Positions 9,206 to 18,490 of a DNA stretch of 64,000 bases are shown here, piece after piece. The stretch is from an uncultured Spirochaetota bacterium. Lineage in GTDB: Bacteria > Spirochaetota > Spirochaetia > SZUA-6 > Fen-1364. The position numbers and the translations under genes were made by a program. Below the pieces are notes generated by a model that was given only the letters and a program-made list of their open reading frames with translations, made no database searches and was not told where the DNA came from. Where the stretch lies: assembly GCA_963820525.1 (NCBI GenBank), contig CAWGAA010000001.1:1120001-1184000 (forward strand), given 5' to 3'. Every line of letters starts with the position of its first letter. Position 1 is the first letter of the stretch.

Positions 9206-10417
9206 ATGAGCACAGGCGGGCTATCCAAAGCGCGGCTTGACCGCATGCATGACGTCATGTCGAGCTACGTGGAGCGTGGTGAAGTGCCTGGCATGGTCAC
9301 GCTGGTCAGCAGGCGGGGCGAGGTGCATGTCGATGCCATGGGCATGAAGGCGGTCGGCGGCAGGGACCCCATCCGGCGCGACATGATCTTCCGCATCTCC
9401 TCGATGACCAAGCCGATCACGGCCGCAGCCGCGATGATCCTGGTGGAGGAATGCAAGCTGAGGCTGGACGAGCCGGTGGATCGCCTGCTGCCGGAGCTGG
9501 CCGGCCGCAAGGTCCTGAAGCGGCTGGACGGGCCGCTGGAAGACACCGTGCCCGCCAACCGCCCCATAATCGTGCGAGACCTTCTTACCTTTCTTATGGG
9601 CTTCGGCATGGTCATGGCGCCACCGGGCACGTATCCCATCCAGAAGGCGATAGGCGAGCTGCTCCTCGGCCAGGGGCCCCCTACCCCATCAATACCGCCT
9701 GCGCCGGATGAGTGGATCCGCCGCTTGGGGACGCTGCCGCTCATGCACCAGCCCGGTGAGGAGTGGATGTACAATACGGGGGCCGACGTGCTGGGCGTCT
9801 TGATCTCGCGCGCCTCGGGCCAGCCGCTCGAGACGTTCTTGCGCGAACGCATCTTCGAGCCGCTCGGCATGAAGGACACCGGCTTCAGCGTGCACGCCGC
9901 CAAGATAGACCGGCTTGCCACCAGCTACTGGAGCAATCCCGAAACTGGGGCACTCGAGCTCTATGACGAGGCCAAGGGCGGCCAGTGGAGCCGCCCTCCT
10001 GCATTCCCGTCCGCCGCCGGCGGTCTGGTCTCAACAATAGACGACTACCTGGCCTTCGGTCAAATGATGCTGAACAAGGGCAGACACGGCACCACGCGCA
10101 TCCTGTCCAGGCCTTCGGTTGAGACCATGACGACAGATCAGCTGACCCCCGAGCAGAAGGCGGTGTCCGGTCTGGTCCCCGGCTACTTCGACAGCCACGG
10201 TTGGGGGTTCTGCATGTCCGTGATCACCAGGCGCGTCGACGTGGCAGGGACCATCGGAAGGTTCGGCTGGGACGGCGGCTTGGGAACTTCCTGGTGCTCG
10301 GACCCCAAGGAGGACATGGTCCTGATCCTGATGACCCAGCGATCCTGGGATTCGCCCAGCCCTCCAGGAGTCGGTCTGGATTTCTGGACTTCAGCCTACC
10401 AGGCCATCGACGACTGA
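9206..10417 (+). CDS. Serine hydrolase, beta-lactamase/class C family (esterase-like)
   Basis: SMTK (SxxK), QPGEEWMYN, FGWDGGLGT. Confidence 0.9.
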   Translation: MSTGGLSKARLDRMHDVMSSYVERGEVPGMVTLVSRRGEVHVDAMGMKAVGGRDPIRRDMIFRISSMTKPITAAAAMILVEECKLRLDEPVDRLLPELAGRKVLKRLDGPLEDTVPANRPIIVRDLLTFLMGFGMVMAPPGTYPIQKAIGELLLGQGPPTPSIPPAPDEWIRRLGTLPLMHQPGEEWMYNTGADVLGVLISRASGQPLETFLRERIFEPLGMKDTGFSVHAAKIDRLATSYWSNPETGALELYDEAKGGQWSRPPAFPSAAGGLVSTIDDYLAFGQMMLNKGRHGTTRILSRPSVETMTTDQLTPEQKAVSGLVPGYFDSHGWGFCMSVITRRVDVAGTIGRFGWDGGLGTSWCSDPKEDMVLILMTQRSWDSPSPPGVGLDFWTSAYQAIDD

Positions 10418-10529
10418 AAGCCGCGAACTCACGTTCGCCGACATCTTCTGCTATAATCCTGCGTGGAATATCGGAAGTCTCAGTGATCCAATGTGATGAG
10501 CCTGCCCGCAACAGGCAGGAGGATGAAAA

Positions 10530-11189
10530 ATGACGCAGATTGAAGCACAGCCAAAGATGAGCGCGACAAGAGTGGGCGTCCTGATAGTCGGGATCATCGG
10601 CGGACTGGTAAGCATGGAGCATGGCTTCTTTGAAACACTCCAGGGCAATACTCCGACGAACGGTGTATTGATAGATGCCATTGGCCCAGCCGACCGGTTC
10701 TGGGAATCCGGGAGGGAGCTTGCCCTGACTATTATCCCGAATTTCCTTATCTCTGGAATCTGTGCAATAATCGTCGGCGTCTTCGTCATTGTCTGGTCGG
10801 TCGGGTTCGTTCACGGGCGCTATGGCGCCCTGGTCTATTCTCTGCTGCAAATCATACAACTCTTAGTTGGAGGAGGCGTCGCGTTCTTCGCCCTGGGACT
10901 GATGATGAGCATCGCCGCAACACGGATAGACAGGCCGCTTACATGGTGGCGCAAGCACGTTCCTGTCAAAGCACGGCGCATTCTTGGAAAGCTATGGCTG
11001 TGGTTGCTTCTCCCTGCCGTGACTCTGTTCAGCCTCCTGGTCCTCGCCGCAATCTTCGGAGTATGGTTCTTGGATGCGGACACCACCATCAGCTCAATGG
11101 GGGTATTTGGCTACATATCGCTTGGACTCATGATTGTCGCCATCATTGCCGGTATTGCGCGCGATAGCTGCGAACCGACTGATATCTAG
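10530..11189 (+). CDS. Hypothetical integral membrane protein
   Basis: Multiple hydrophobic segments; EHGFFETLQGN motif; GGAGG RBS and TGnTATAAT upstream (10449-10457). Confidence 0.75.
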   Translation: MTQIEAQPKMSATRVGVLIVGIIGGLVSMEHGFFETLQGNTPTNGVLIDAIGPADRFWESGRELALTIIPNFLISGICAIIVGVFVIVWSVGFVHGRYGALVYSLLQIIQLLVGGGVAFFALGLMMSIAATRIDRPLTWWRKHVPVKARRILGKLWLWLLLPAVTLFSLLVLAAIFGVWFLDADTTISSMGVFGYISLGLMIVAIIAGIARDSCEPTDI

Positions 11190-11238
11190 GCCGGATTTCC
11201 CTCAAGCGGCTGGTGGAAAAGCCTGCCGTTCCCGAATA

Positions 11239-11643
11239 CTATCCCGCAAAGTGCTTTCGAACTTTCGCCGTAATCTGGCGATCCGTCATTTTGTCAATTG
11301 TTTCAACACCAACGATGCGTCCGCCAAGGTTGATTCTCTTGAGACGTTTTTTCAGCTCGCCCTTTGCCTCACCAGGACCGAATATCAGAATGGATTCCGC
11401 ATCACGAATGCTCGCAATTACCGCTTCGTAGTAAATGTTGAGATGTCCCGTAAAGGCTCTCTGTCGGCTGTCATCTGCCCGTACTTGCTGTGGTTCATAG
11501 GGGCCCGCATGGCGCGATTTCAGAGAACGACGGGCCTGTTTTTCAACCGCAGATATTATCAGACTTATCACTTGCCCTTTGTCAGTAACCGTCACAATAA
11601 GAGCCTTCCTATGGTCAATCCAAAGACCCACTTTGGTTCTCAT
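11239..11643 (-). CDS. Hypothetical protein, eRF1-like/host-attachment (baeRF-type) fold
   Basis: VGLWIDHRKALIV...ILIFGPGEAKGEL...ETIDKMTDRQI pattern. Confidence 0.6.
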   Translation of the reverse strand: MRTKVGLWIDHRKALIVTVTDKGQVISLIISAVEKQARRSLKSRHAGPYEPQQVRADDSRQRAFTGHLNIYYEAVIASIRDAESILIFGPGEAKGELKKRLKRINLGGRIVGVETIDKMTDRQITAKVRKHFAG

Positions 11644-11879
11644 CGAGCTCTCCTTTGCCTACGTGCTCCCCTAGAGACGCATGATGGCCCTGACCATTAT
11701 TCCCAAACGGAAGCCGTCCATAGAACAGTATAGCATACTGCTCGTCGGTTCAGATCAGCACAAAGAACCCATCGCCGTCTCGCTGATCAGTCGGCCCCGC
11801 GCGCCCGTGAATCGAAGTTCCTATCTTTTTACGCCCACCATGGTTATATTGTGTTTTAGAAATAAAAAGGAGTGCCAAG

Positions 11880-12221
11880 ATGCCAGAATATCGAATGAAG
11901 GTTGCGCCCGATACAGTGGCGTATGCTGACGCGGAGAACCGCAAGCTCGTAGTGGAGTTCGCCATCCCCGGAGCGGCAGCGGATACCGTCGATGTGAAGA
12001 TCCTGCAAGACAGCGTCCACCTGACAGCGCCGGCAAGGGACATCGAGTATGTTGCATCACTGGCTTTGGGTTGGCCGGTTAAACCTGACAAAGCCGAAGC
12101 TACCTACGAGAACGGCCTGCTTCGAATCGAGGTGCCATTCAAAGATCCGATGGAAGATGCTGTGAAGGTGGTCATTAAAGCAGGTGGCGCGGAAACCAAG
12201 ACGAAAAAAATCGCAGGCTGA
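11880..12221 (+). CDS. Small heat-shock protein (Hsp20/alpha-crystallin)
   Basis: AEATYENGLLRIEVP C-terminal motif; AAGGAG RBS. Confidence 0.85.
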   Translation: MPEYRMKVAPDTVAYADAENRKLVVEFAIPGAAADTVDVKILQDSVHLTAPARDIEYVASLALGWPVKPDKAEATYENGLLRIEVPFKDPMEDAVKVVIKAGGAETKTKKIAG

Positions 12222-12284
12222 TGACCCGCTAAACTGTTGTTGAGCGAACCGCAATCCGGATTCACCGTTGGGCCATGAAACGCT

Positions 12285-13340
12285 TTAGCTTTGCACCGGA
12301 AATAATTCTTCGGGGGTATTATTATCCTTGCGGACGTTCGCGACGCACTTTTCAAGATACATCCTTTCAAAGGCAGCCAGGCGCTCCTCGGTCATGTACC
12401 GCCGTCCCAAGCCGAAGAACTCCTTGTACTCGGTGAACGAAGACCACGGGTAGGACCGATCCACGGGCTGAAACAGGACGTCGATGAGCTCCCTGTCGGC
12501 GGACTGCTTGCTCCTCGTGGACAGGTCGAGGAGCCTGAGGACGAGTTCCACGGTCGAAAGGTCATCCTCAGAAAGTTCGACTGGCGCGGATACGTCGAAC
12601 CCAACGAGGAACACCTCCTGTCCCTCAAGGAGTGTTCGGGCTTCCCGGGCCGGCAGGTTCGACATTATGTAACCGTCCGCGTGTGCGTGACCTCCGATCT
12701 CCACAGCCGGGAAAATGAGCGGGATGGCAGAGGAGGCCATGACCGCCTTCATGAGCCCGTCCGGCCCAGGGATGGTCCTGACAGCCCTGTCGCCCGTTTC
12801 TCGTCCGGCCGTAAAGATGACGGGTACTCCCTCGACCAAGTCGACTGCCACGGCCGCGAAGGGAACCTTCAGGGTCTGGAAGGTGATGCCTTCAAAAATT
12901 CTGCCGAAAATGGACGCAGCGTCCTTCTCCGCGACCATGACCGAGGTGACCATTGCCTTGCCCAGATGCATACCGTTCTTCAGTGTTCCGGCGAGACCAA
13001 AGAAGAAATGTTTCATCCCGGACTGCACATGACCGTCCGCGGGCTTTCTCTCCCCGAAATACTTTCTTTCGAACTCCTCGAACTCGTCGGAGGCGAGGAC
13101 GATCTCGACCTGCCTGAAAACATCCTCGATGTTCCCGAAATGGCAGTAGAGCGCCCCGAACAACGCACCCGCGGAGGTGCCTATGATGAAGTCGGGCCTG
13201 ATCCCCCTCTTCTCGAGCGCCTCGATCATCCCGAGATGGCAGAGCCCCGAGGCCGCTCCTCCGGAGAGGACGTAGACCATTTTCGGGGAGTACCGGTCGA
13301 GGCTGCGGTCCGAACGGATCCTTTCAATATAACCTGGCAT
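12285..13340 (-). CDS. Patatin-like phospholipase
   Basis: LSGGAASG, GTSAG nucleophile, ASSAIP, DG(Y) motifs. Confidence 0.85.
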   Translation of the reverse strand: MPGYIERIRSDRSLDRYSPKMVYVLSGGAASGLCHLGMIEALEKRGIRPDFIIGTSAGALFGALYCHFGNIEDVFRQVEIVLASDEFEEFERKYFGERKPADGHVQSGMKHFFFGLAGTLKNGMHLGKAMVTSVMVAEKDAASIFGRIFEGITFQTLKVPFAAVAVDLVEGVPVIFTAGRETGDRAVRTIPGPDGLMKAVMASSAIPLIFPAVEIGGHAHADGYIMSNLPAREARTLLEGQEVFLVGFDVSAPVELSEDDLSTVELVLRLLDLSTRSKQSADRELIDVLFQPVDRSYPWSSFTEYKEFFGLGRRYMTEERLAAFERMYLEKCVANVRKDNNTPEELFPVQS

Positions 13341-13423
13341 GATAAGGCCCCCTGGACGGATTGCAACTACACATAATACATCTTCATGGACCAGCCCGCC
13401 CAGATTAGTCGCCTAACAGGGCT

Positions 13424-14020
13424 TCAGTCGGTGGTGGAAGGGGTATCATCATCGTCAGTCTCCTCAGAACGGTTCAAAGCCATTGCAGGAGCTTGCACCC
13501 GACAGGCGCGCACCATGCCCACGACATTCTCTGCAGTGGAGACCCCCAACAAAGACACCGGGACAGCAATAGCGGCCCACTCCATGACCGCAGGGACCTG
13601 GATGGCGAATGCCGAAACCCATGGCGCCGAGCTTGCCATCACGATAAGGACGTAACATGCGGCTCCGTTGTATCTTCCCAGGCGGGTATACGCCAGGCGG
13701 CCGGCTATCGCGCTGTAAGCGCCCCAGGAAGCGAAGCACGCTATCATCAATCCCGCGAGACCTAGAAAACGCGCATCCTTCAAGCCCACTACAGCGGCCG
13801 CGACGATGAGGACGACCGCGTCGCACGCCGCGTCCAGCAGTTGTCCGCGGAGACCGGCTGTTGAAAACCTTCGGGCGATTGGACCGTCAATGAGGTCGGT
13901 CAGGACGATCGCGGCCATGATGAGCAAAGCCCAACGGCTTCCCGCGGCCTGGAGCCACACCCAGGGGGCGATCAGGACAAGCCGGGATAGGCTCACCGCG
14001 TCCGCCAGCCTGCGCCTCAT
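13424..14020 (-). CDS. CDP-alcohol phosphatidyltransferase family protein
   Basis: DLIDGPIARR...GQLLDAACD signature; ATGA overlap with the upstream gene. Confidence 0.85.
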   Translation of the reverse strand: MRRRLADAVSLSRLVLIAPWVWLQAAGSRWALLIMAAIVLTDLIDGPIARRFSTAGLRGQLLDAACDAVVLIVAAAVVGLKDARFLGLAGLMIACFASWGAYSAIAGRLAYTRLGRYNGAACYVLIVMASSAPWVSAFAIQVPAVMEWAAIAVPVSLLGVSTAENVVGMVRACRVQAPAMALNRSEETDDDDTPSTTD

Positions 14021-14763
14021 TTCCTTGTTCCCTTCAGGAAGCTGTCTACGGCCTCGGCGAATGAGCCTATCCGTTCCTCGAATGCCTTCCCGGAACCTCC
14101 CCAGACAAGCTTGGTCGTTTCTTTGAGCTTCATGCCCTTTTGCGAGGCCAGCTCGGAAAGCCGCTGGAGATCCTCGTCCTTGAACGCCGCAAACCATCCC
14201 GCGAGGATCGCGAATACGGGAAGGGAGATCGGCGGGTGGGCGTTGACGAACTCCCGAAGTGGAGGCCGGATTTGTCCCCCATACACGGGAGAAGCGAGGA
14301 TCAGCGCCTTGTAGCTTTTCTGATCCAAGGCAAGCCCGGGATGGGCCGTCATTATCGAGACGGCGTACCCTCTGGCCGCAAGGTCCTCCCCCAGCCTCGT
14401 CACGATCTTTCGCGTGAAGCGCGACCCGCCGGGGTGGTAGACGATGGCGATCTGTCCGGAGGATGAGCCTTCTCCTATGACGACGGGGGCCTCGCTCCTG
14501 GGCTTATCGAAACGTTCGCTCAAGACAGTCCCGACGCTGACAAGAGAACCGATGACGGAGACGAGAACCAGAATCGAGAACACAATGAGAAGCGGCACCT
14601 TGAGCCCTGCGGGCATCTGCAGCCAAAGCGCGACAGCCCAGAGGATGCCGGCCGCGATAAGACCGACCACGGTAAAACCGTTCTTGCCGCTCCCCAAGAT
14701 CAACGGGGTAAAGACAAACAACGCCAGAACTGCGGTCAAGACATACGCAAGGGTTCGTGACAC
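14017..14763 (-). CDS. Membrane-anchored flavodoxin-fold protein
   Basis: Three N-terminal TM segments then IVYHPGGS..T...LILASPVYGG flavodoxin-like motifs. Confidence 0.7.
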   Translation of the reverse strand: MSRTLAYVLTAVLALFVFTPLILGSGKNGFTVVGLIAAGILWAVALWLQMPAGLKVPLLIVFSILVLVSVIGSLVSVGTVLSERFDKPRSEAPVVIGEGSSSGQIAIVYHPGGSRFTRKIVTRLGEDLAARGYAVSIMTAHPGLALDQKSYKALILASPVYGGQIRPPLREFVNAHPPISLPVFAILAGWFAAFKDEDLQRLSELASQKGMKLKETTKLVWGGSGKAFEERIGSFAEAVDSFLKGTRK

Positions 14764-14772
14764 GAAATCCTC

Positions 14773-15423
14773 CTACACCGAAACGGCGTGCCGCGGTTCT
14801 ACGGCGCGGACAGAACGATGCCGATCCACCCAGAGACCGAAGGGCAGGAGCAGGAGTTGCGCCAAACAGGGCAACCCCTCCAGTCCCGATGGGAGAAAGA
14901 CCAACGCTGGAAAGGCGGCGATGAAGGCGATCATGAGCCAGAACGCCCATACTCCCACGCGGTCTTTTGCTTTCGTTCCGGTCATGTAGAGGACGATCCC
15001 GCCGGCGAGCAGCCCGAGATCCGTGACCAGGGCTGCGGCCACGGAGGTGTACAGCCCGAGCCCTACCTTCAGCGATCCGTCGAAGAGAAGCGGCAGGTCC
15101 GGAGGCAGGATTCGGCCCATCCCCATGGGATGCGAGATGAAGTCCAGAACCCAGTGACTGAAGACCAGGAGCCCGATCACGATTCCAGCTCTAAAATCGC
15201 GGGAGGCGAGGAAGACTATCGCAAAGACCGCGATCGACCAGACTGCGGACATGAGAAGCCCATGAGACCAGCCGATCGAACCGTTCACGCGCTCGATGCC
15301 CAGGGAGAAGAACACGCCAAAGAGGGTGTCGAGCGCCGTGGCCGCCGCCAACAGAAAGCCGAGAGAAACCTTGGGGGCCGCCCGCTTCGCCGCCAGCCCG
15401 ATTCCGATGTGCCCGAAAAGCAT
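14773..15423 (-). CDS. Membrane-bound metal-dependent hydrolase (YdjM-like)
   Basis: N-terminal GH, WSHGL, SHWVLDFISH motifs, hydrophobic. Confidence 0.75.
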   Translation of the reverse strand: MLFGHIGIGLAAKRAAPKVSLGFLLAAATALDTLFGVFFSLGIERVNGSIGWSHGLLMSAVWSIAVFAIVFLASRDFRAGIVIGLLVFSHWVLDFISHPMGMGRILPPDLPLLFDGSLKVGLGLYTSVAAALVTDLGLLAGGIVLYMTGTKAKDRVGVWAFWLMIAFIAAFPALVFLPSGLEGLPCLAQLLLLPFGLWVDRHRSVRAVEPRHAVSV

Positions 15424-15435
15424 TCGCGTCCTGCT

Positions 15436-16008
15436 TCAATCCTTTTTCAACGCCATGTCGATCGCATCGCAGAGCGAAGCGATTCGCTGCTCGATTTCAC
15501 GCGCCGAGCTTCCCGTCCCGATCTTGGTGGCGGCGGCGAGACTTACGTTGGCCCGATCGAGAACCTTTGAGAGGTTCGGCAGATCGTATTCCTCATAGAA
15601 CGTCATGCCGAAGCCGGTGAGCACGGCGAAAACGGGAACGGAGAAGGGCGCATTCGCTGATATGAACTCCTGGATGGGCGGGCGGATCTCCGCGCCGTAG
15701 ACCGGAGAACCGAGGACGAGTGCTTCGAAGCTTTCCTGATGGAAGGAACGCGCGCTGTTGGCCGTGATCAGGGTGACGACATAGCCCCGAGATGCCAGCT
15801 CATTCCAGGCGATTCGACCGGACGAACCGTCGGATCCCAATGTCACGGGGTCCTCGTATGCGGGCATGTCCCAGGTCTTGCAGCCTGCGCTGAAGAAGCA
15901 GATAACCGCAAGGAGAATGAGCCGTCCACGGAGAAGCCGGAGCGTGTCCACCCTCGCCGCTCCCTCGAAGAGCCCGGTGTGTGTGCGGAGGATAAGGTTG
16001 TCCTTCAT
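15436..16008 (-). CDS. Flavodoxin-fold lipoprotein, paralog of 14017-14763 with an internal deletion
   Basis: Lipobox SAGC; LVLGSPVYGAEIRPP aligns with LILASPVYGGQIRPP. Confidence 0.6.
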   Translation of the reverse strand: MKDNLILRTHTGLFEGAARVDTLRLLRGRLILLAVICFFSAGCKTWDMPAYEDPVTLGSDGSSGRIAWNELASRGYVVTLITANSARSFHQESFEALVLGSPVYGAEIRPPIQEFISANAPFSVPVFAVLTGFGMTFYEEYDLPNLSKVLDRANVSLAAATKIGTGSSAREIEQRIASLCDAIDMALKKD

Positions 16009-16014
16009 AAGCAC

Positions 16015-16899
16015 CTACCTGAAGTTGATGATCCGGCCCAGGTCCCCGCGCCGCAGCATGATGTGCAGCACCCGCTTGAAATCCGGGGATTCGTACATGG
16101 GCTGATCGCGAAGGATGCCGTGGAGCCTCATCCCCAACCCGGCATCCACCTTGTGCGTTTCTTCCGCGACGAAATCCTTGATCCTGCTTAGATATTTCAT
16201 GTCGAACCTCAGGCTGTCCGGATTAACCAATCCCGCCTCGATGGCGGATTGGGTCTTCTTCTTGCACCGGCAGGGGTTTGCCTCGTTCATCAGGCCGCAC
16301 TTTTCGTTCATGAAATTGGCCAGCTGCTTTCTGGCCCGTGAGAGGATCTGCCGGTAGTTCTCAGGGGTCGTCTCCAGGAGGTCCCCTCCCAGCGCCGAGT
16401 CCGCGCCGAAGAATGTGCTGAGCACGAGCGCCATCCGCTGCGGCCTGTCCAGACAGAGGAGCATGCCGGACAGGCAGCCCGCCCTGGCCTCCCAGACGAG
16501 GAGCTGCTCCTCCACGGGATTTCGTCGCGGCAGCTCGGAATCGGACGGCGCGAGGCTGTCAATGAGATCAGCTTGTTTGTCGAATGATGAAAACATGCGT
16601 TCCCACGGCCGCCGCCTCATGGTGAGGACGTGATTGACCACTATGCGATAGAGCCAGGTTCTGAAGCTGCTTCTCTTTTCGAAGGTGGAGAGCTTGGTGA
16701 TGAGCTTGATGAAGATCTCCTGCACGACATCCTGGGCGTCCTGCGGGCTTCCTACCATCCGAAGCACGATATTGTAGATCCATTCCTGATGCTTTTTGAT
16801 CAGAGCTTCCAGCGCCGCCTTCTCCCCCTGCTGCGCGCGGTCAACGAGCGATGCATCGCCAATATCCCCCGAATAATCGGCGCCGAAGATATTCTCCAT
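16015..16899 (-). CDS. ECF sigma-70 factor with Cys-rich C-terminal extension
   Basis: DAQDVVQEIF, FRTWLYRIVVN (region 2); CLSGMLLC and CGLMNEANPCRC. Confidence 0.88.
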   Translation of the reverse strand: MENIFGADYSGDIGDASLVDRAQQGEKAALEALIKKHQEWIYNIVLRMVGSPQDAQDVVQEIFIKLITKLSTFEKRSSFRTWLYRIVVNHVLTMRRRPWERMFSSFDKQADLIDSLAPSDSELPRRNPVEEQLLVWEARAGCLSGMLLCLDRPQRMALVLSTFFGADSALGGDLLETTPENYRQILSRARKQLANFMNEKCGLMNEANPCRCKKKTQSAIEAGLVNPDSLRFDMKYLSRIKDFVAEETHKVDAGLGMRLHGILRDQPMYESPDFKRVLHIMLRRGDLGRIINFR

Positions 16900-16929
16900 C
16901 TCACCGTTCTCCAATTGTCGTGACTAACA

Positions 16930-17745
16930 TTATAACACCGCCGCGTCGGTTAATGCGCCGTGAGGCGCCCCTTCCCCATACGAACAGTGCGTCACGCAGC
17001 GCGAACAGACGTGCATCGTGTGCTCGTCGAACGCCCTCTGGTTCATGAGGCGGGCGGCAGCCTTCGGGTTCAATCTCGTCAAGAGCATGAAGCGCAGTCG
17101 CGGCATGAAAGGTGTTCGCGCGGTGTGCCTGAGGCACCGCATGATGTCCACACGCCTTGCTTCTTCTGATATGGCATGCACGGGGCAGGCATCGATACAG
17201 ATGAGGCAATCCGCCGGACAGCCATGCGCATTCGTCTCGGGTATCCGCAGTGACGGAAGGTCGGCCGTCGTGACCACACCCCCCAGCATGAGGCGTGCTC
17301 CGAACTGGGAATTGAACAGCAGCCCGTTCCGCCCAATGGCGCCTATCCCGGTGAGCTTCCCCATACGGATCTGGTTCAGATGGCCCGCGACCTCACCCCT
17401 CCCATTGACCGCCATTGGCAAACAGCCGAACACGGGGGCGGCCTGCGCGCCGCACTCCTCCAGCAGCTGGGCCAACCTGAGCGAAATTGTGTCGAGGCGC
17501 CGGTAGTACAGGTTCTGGGAACGCCAGATCGTTTCCGTGGTGTAGAGCGTCTCTCGGAGCGCGCCGCGGGGCACGGGTATTCCGAAGCATATCATGCTCT
17601 GCGCGTCTGGGAGTAAATCTTGCGGACGATATCCTGGCGGTTCGTCCGCCATTGCCGCGCATGGACCCATGCCCAAAACCGGGACGCCTTCGGACTGCGC
17701 AATCGCAATGATCCCATTTGTCATTCTCTCCCCGACACTCTCCAT
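16930..17745 (-). CDS. QueG/reductive-dehalogenase-like 4Fe-4S protein
   Basis: GIGAIGRNGLL..QFGARLMLGGVVT, CxxxCxxCxxxCP and CxxCxxxC clusters. Confidence 0.75.
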   Translation of the reverse strand: MESVGERMTNGIIAIAQSEGVPVLGMGPCAAMADEPPGYRPQDLLPDAQSMICFGIPVPRGALRETLYTTETIWRSQNLYYRRLDTISLRLAQLLEECGAQAAPVFGCLPMAVNGRGEVAGHLNQIRMGKLTGIGAIGRNGLLFNSQFGARLMLGGVVTTADLPSLRIPETNAHGCPADCLICIDACPVHAISEEARRVDIMRCLRHTARTPFMPRLRFMLLTRLNPKAAARLMNQRAFDEHTMHVCSRCVTHCSYGEGAPHGALTDAAVL

Positions 17746-17793
17746 TGCTCCCCCCTGACGGCCTGGGGCGTACGATACGCCCATCGTTGATTA

Positions 17794-17820
17794 GACTCCC
17801 TCTACTGCCGGGTTGTGACA
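17794..17820 (-). promoter_or_regulatory. Candidate ECF-type promoter upstream of the QueG-like/ECF operon
   Basis: TGTCACA-N16-AGTC on the minus strand. Confidence 0.4.
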
Positions 17821-17846
17821 AAGGACACCGTCCCTCGGAATCGCGC

Positions 17847-17875
17847 TTGACGACGCCGTAGGGCGGGGTTAGAGT
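17847..17875 (+). promoter_or_regulatory. Candidate sigma70 promoter of pabABC
   Basis: TTGACG-N17-TAGAGT. Confidence 0.5.
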
Positions 17876-17914
17876 AGCTACCGCGGCAGCGGCCCGGAGC
17901 AAGGAGACAAGGAC

Positions 17915-18490
17915 ATGGGCATGGACTCGGTACTGCTCGTCGACAACTTCGACTCCTTCACCTACAACGTCCTGCACGGTCTGGCGGCGGCGGGCGCGCA
18001 CGTGAAGGTCCGCCGAGCCGACACGATCACGCCCGACGAAGCGGAAGAGTTGGCACCCGGTCTAATTCTCATCTCGCCGGGTCCAGGCAGCCCCGAACGA
18101 GCCGGTCTCGCCTTGGCGCTCATAGAGCGTTTTGCCGGGCGGGTGCCGCTGTTTGGCGTGTGCTTGGGGATGCAGTGCCTGGCGGTGGCGGCGGGAGGCC
18201 GGGTTGGACGGGCCAAACAGCCGGTGCACGGCAAGACCAGTCCCATCCGGCATGACGGCAAGGGCATCTTCGGCGGCGTTCCCTCCCCCTTTCTTGCCGG
18301 GCGCTATCACTCCTTGTGTGTTACCGACCTGCCTGTCGACTACGAGGTCAACGCGTGGACGGATGATGGCGTCCCCATGGCCATCCGCCACCGCCGGCTG
18401 AAGCTGGCCGGCGTCCAGTTCCACCCTGATTCCTTCCTCACCGAGTACGCCCAAGCTATGTTCCGTCATGTCGTCAATCGAGATTTCTGA
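17915..18490 (+). CDS. pabA: Aminodeoxychorismate/anthranilate synthase component II (glutamine amidotransferase)
   Basis: DNFDSFTYN, SPGPG, GVCLG, RYHSL, QFHPD. Confidence 0.9.
   Translation: MGMDSVLLVDNFDSFTYNVLHGLAAAGAHVKVRRADTITPDEAEELAPGLILISPGPGSPERAGLALALIERFAGRVPLFGVCLGMQCLAVAAGGRVGRAKQPVHGKTSPIRHDGKGIFGGVPSPFLAGRYHSLCVTDLPVDYEVNAWTDDGVPMAIRHRRLKLAGVQFHPDSFLTEYAQAMFRHVVNRDF

Noticed and set aside
11852..11878. CIRCE element upstream of hsp20 (GAGTGCCAA)
   Set aside because: Only the right half matches and it coincides with the RBS; the left arm TTAGCACTC is absent at 9-bp spacing
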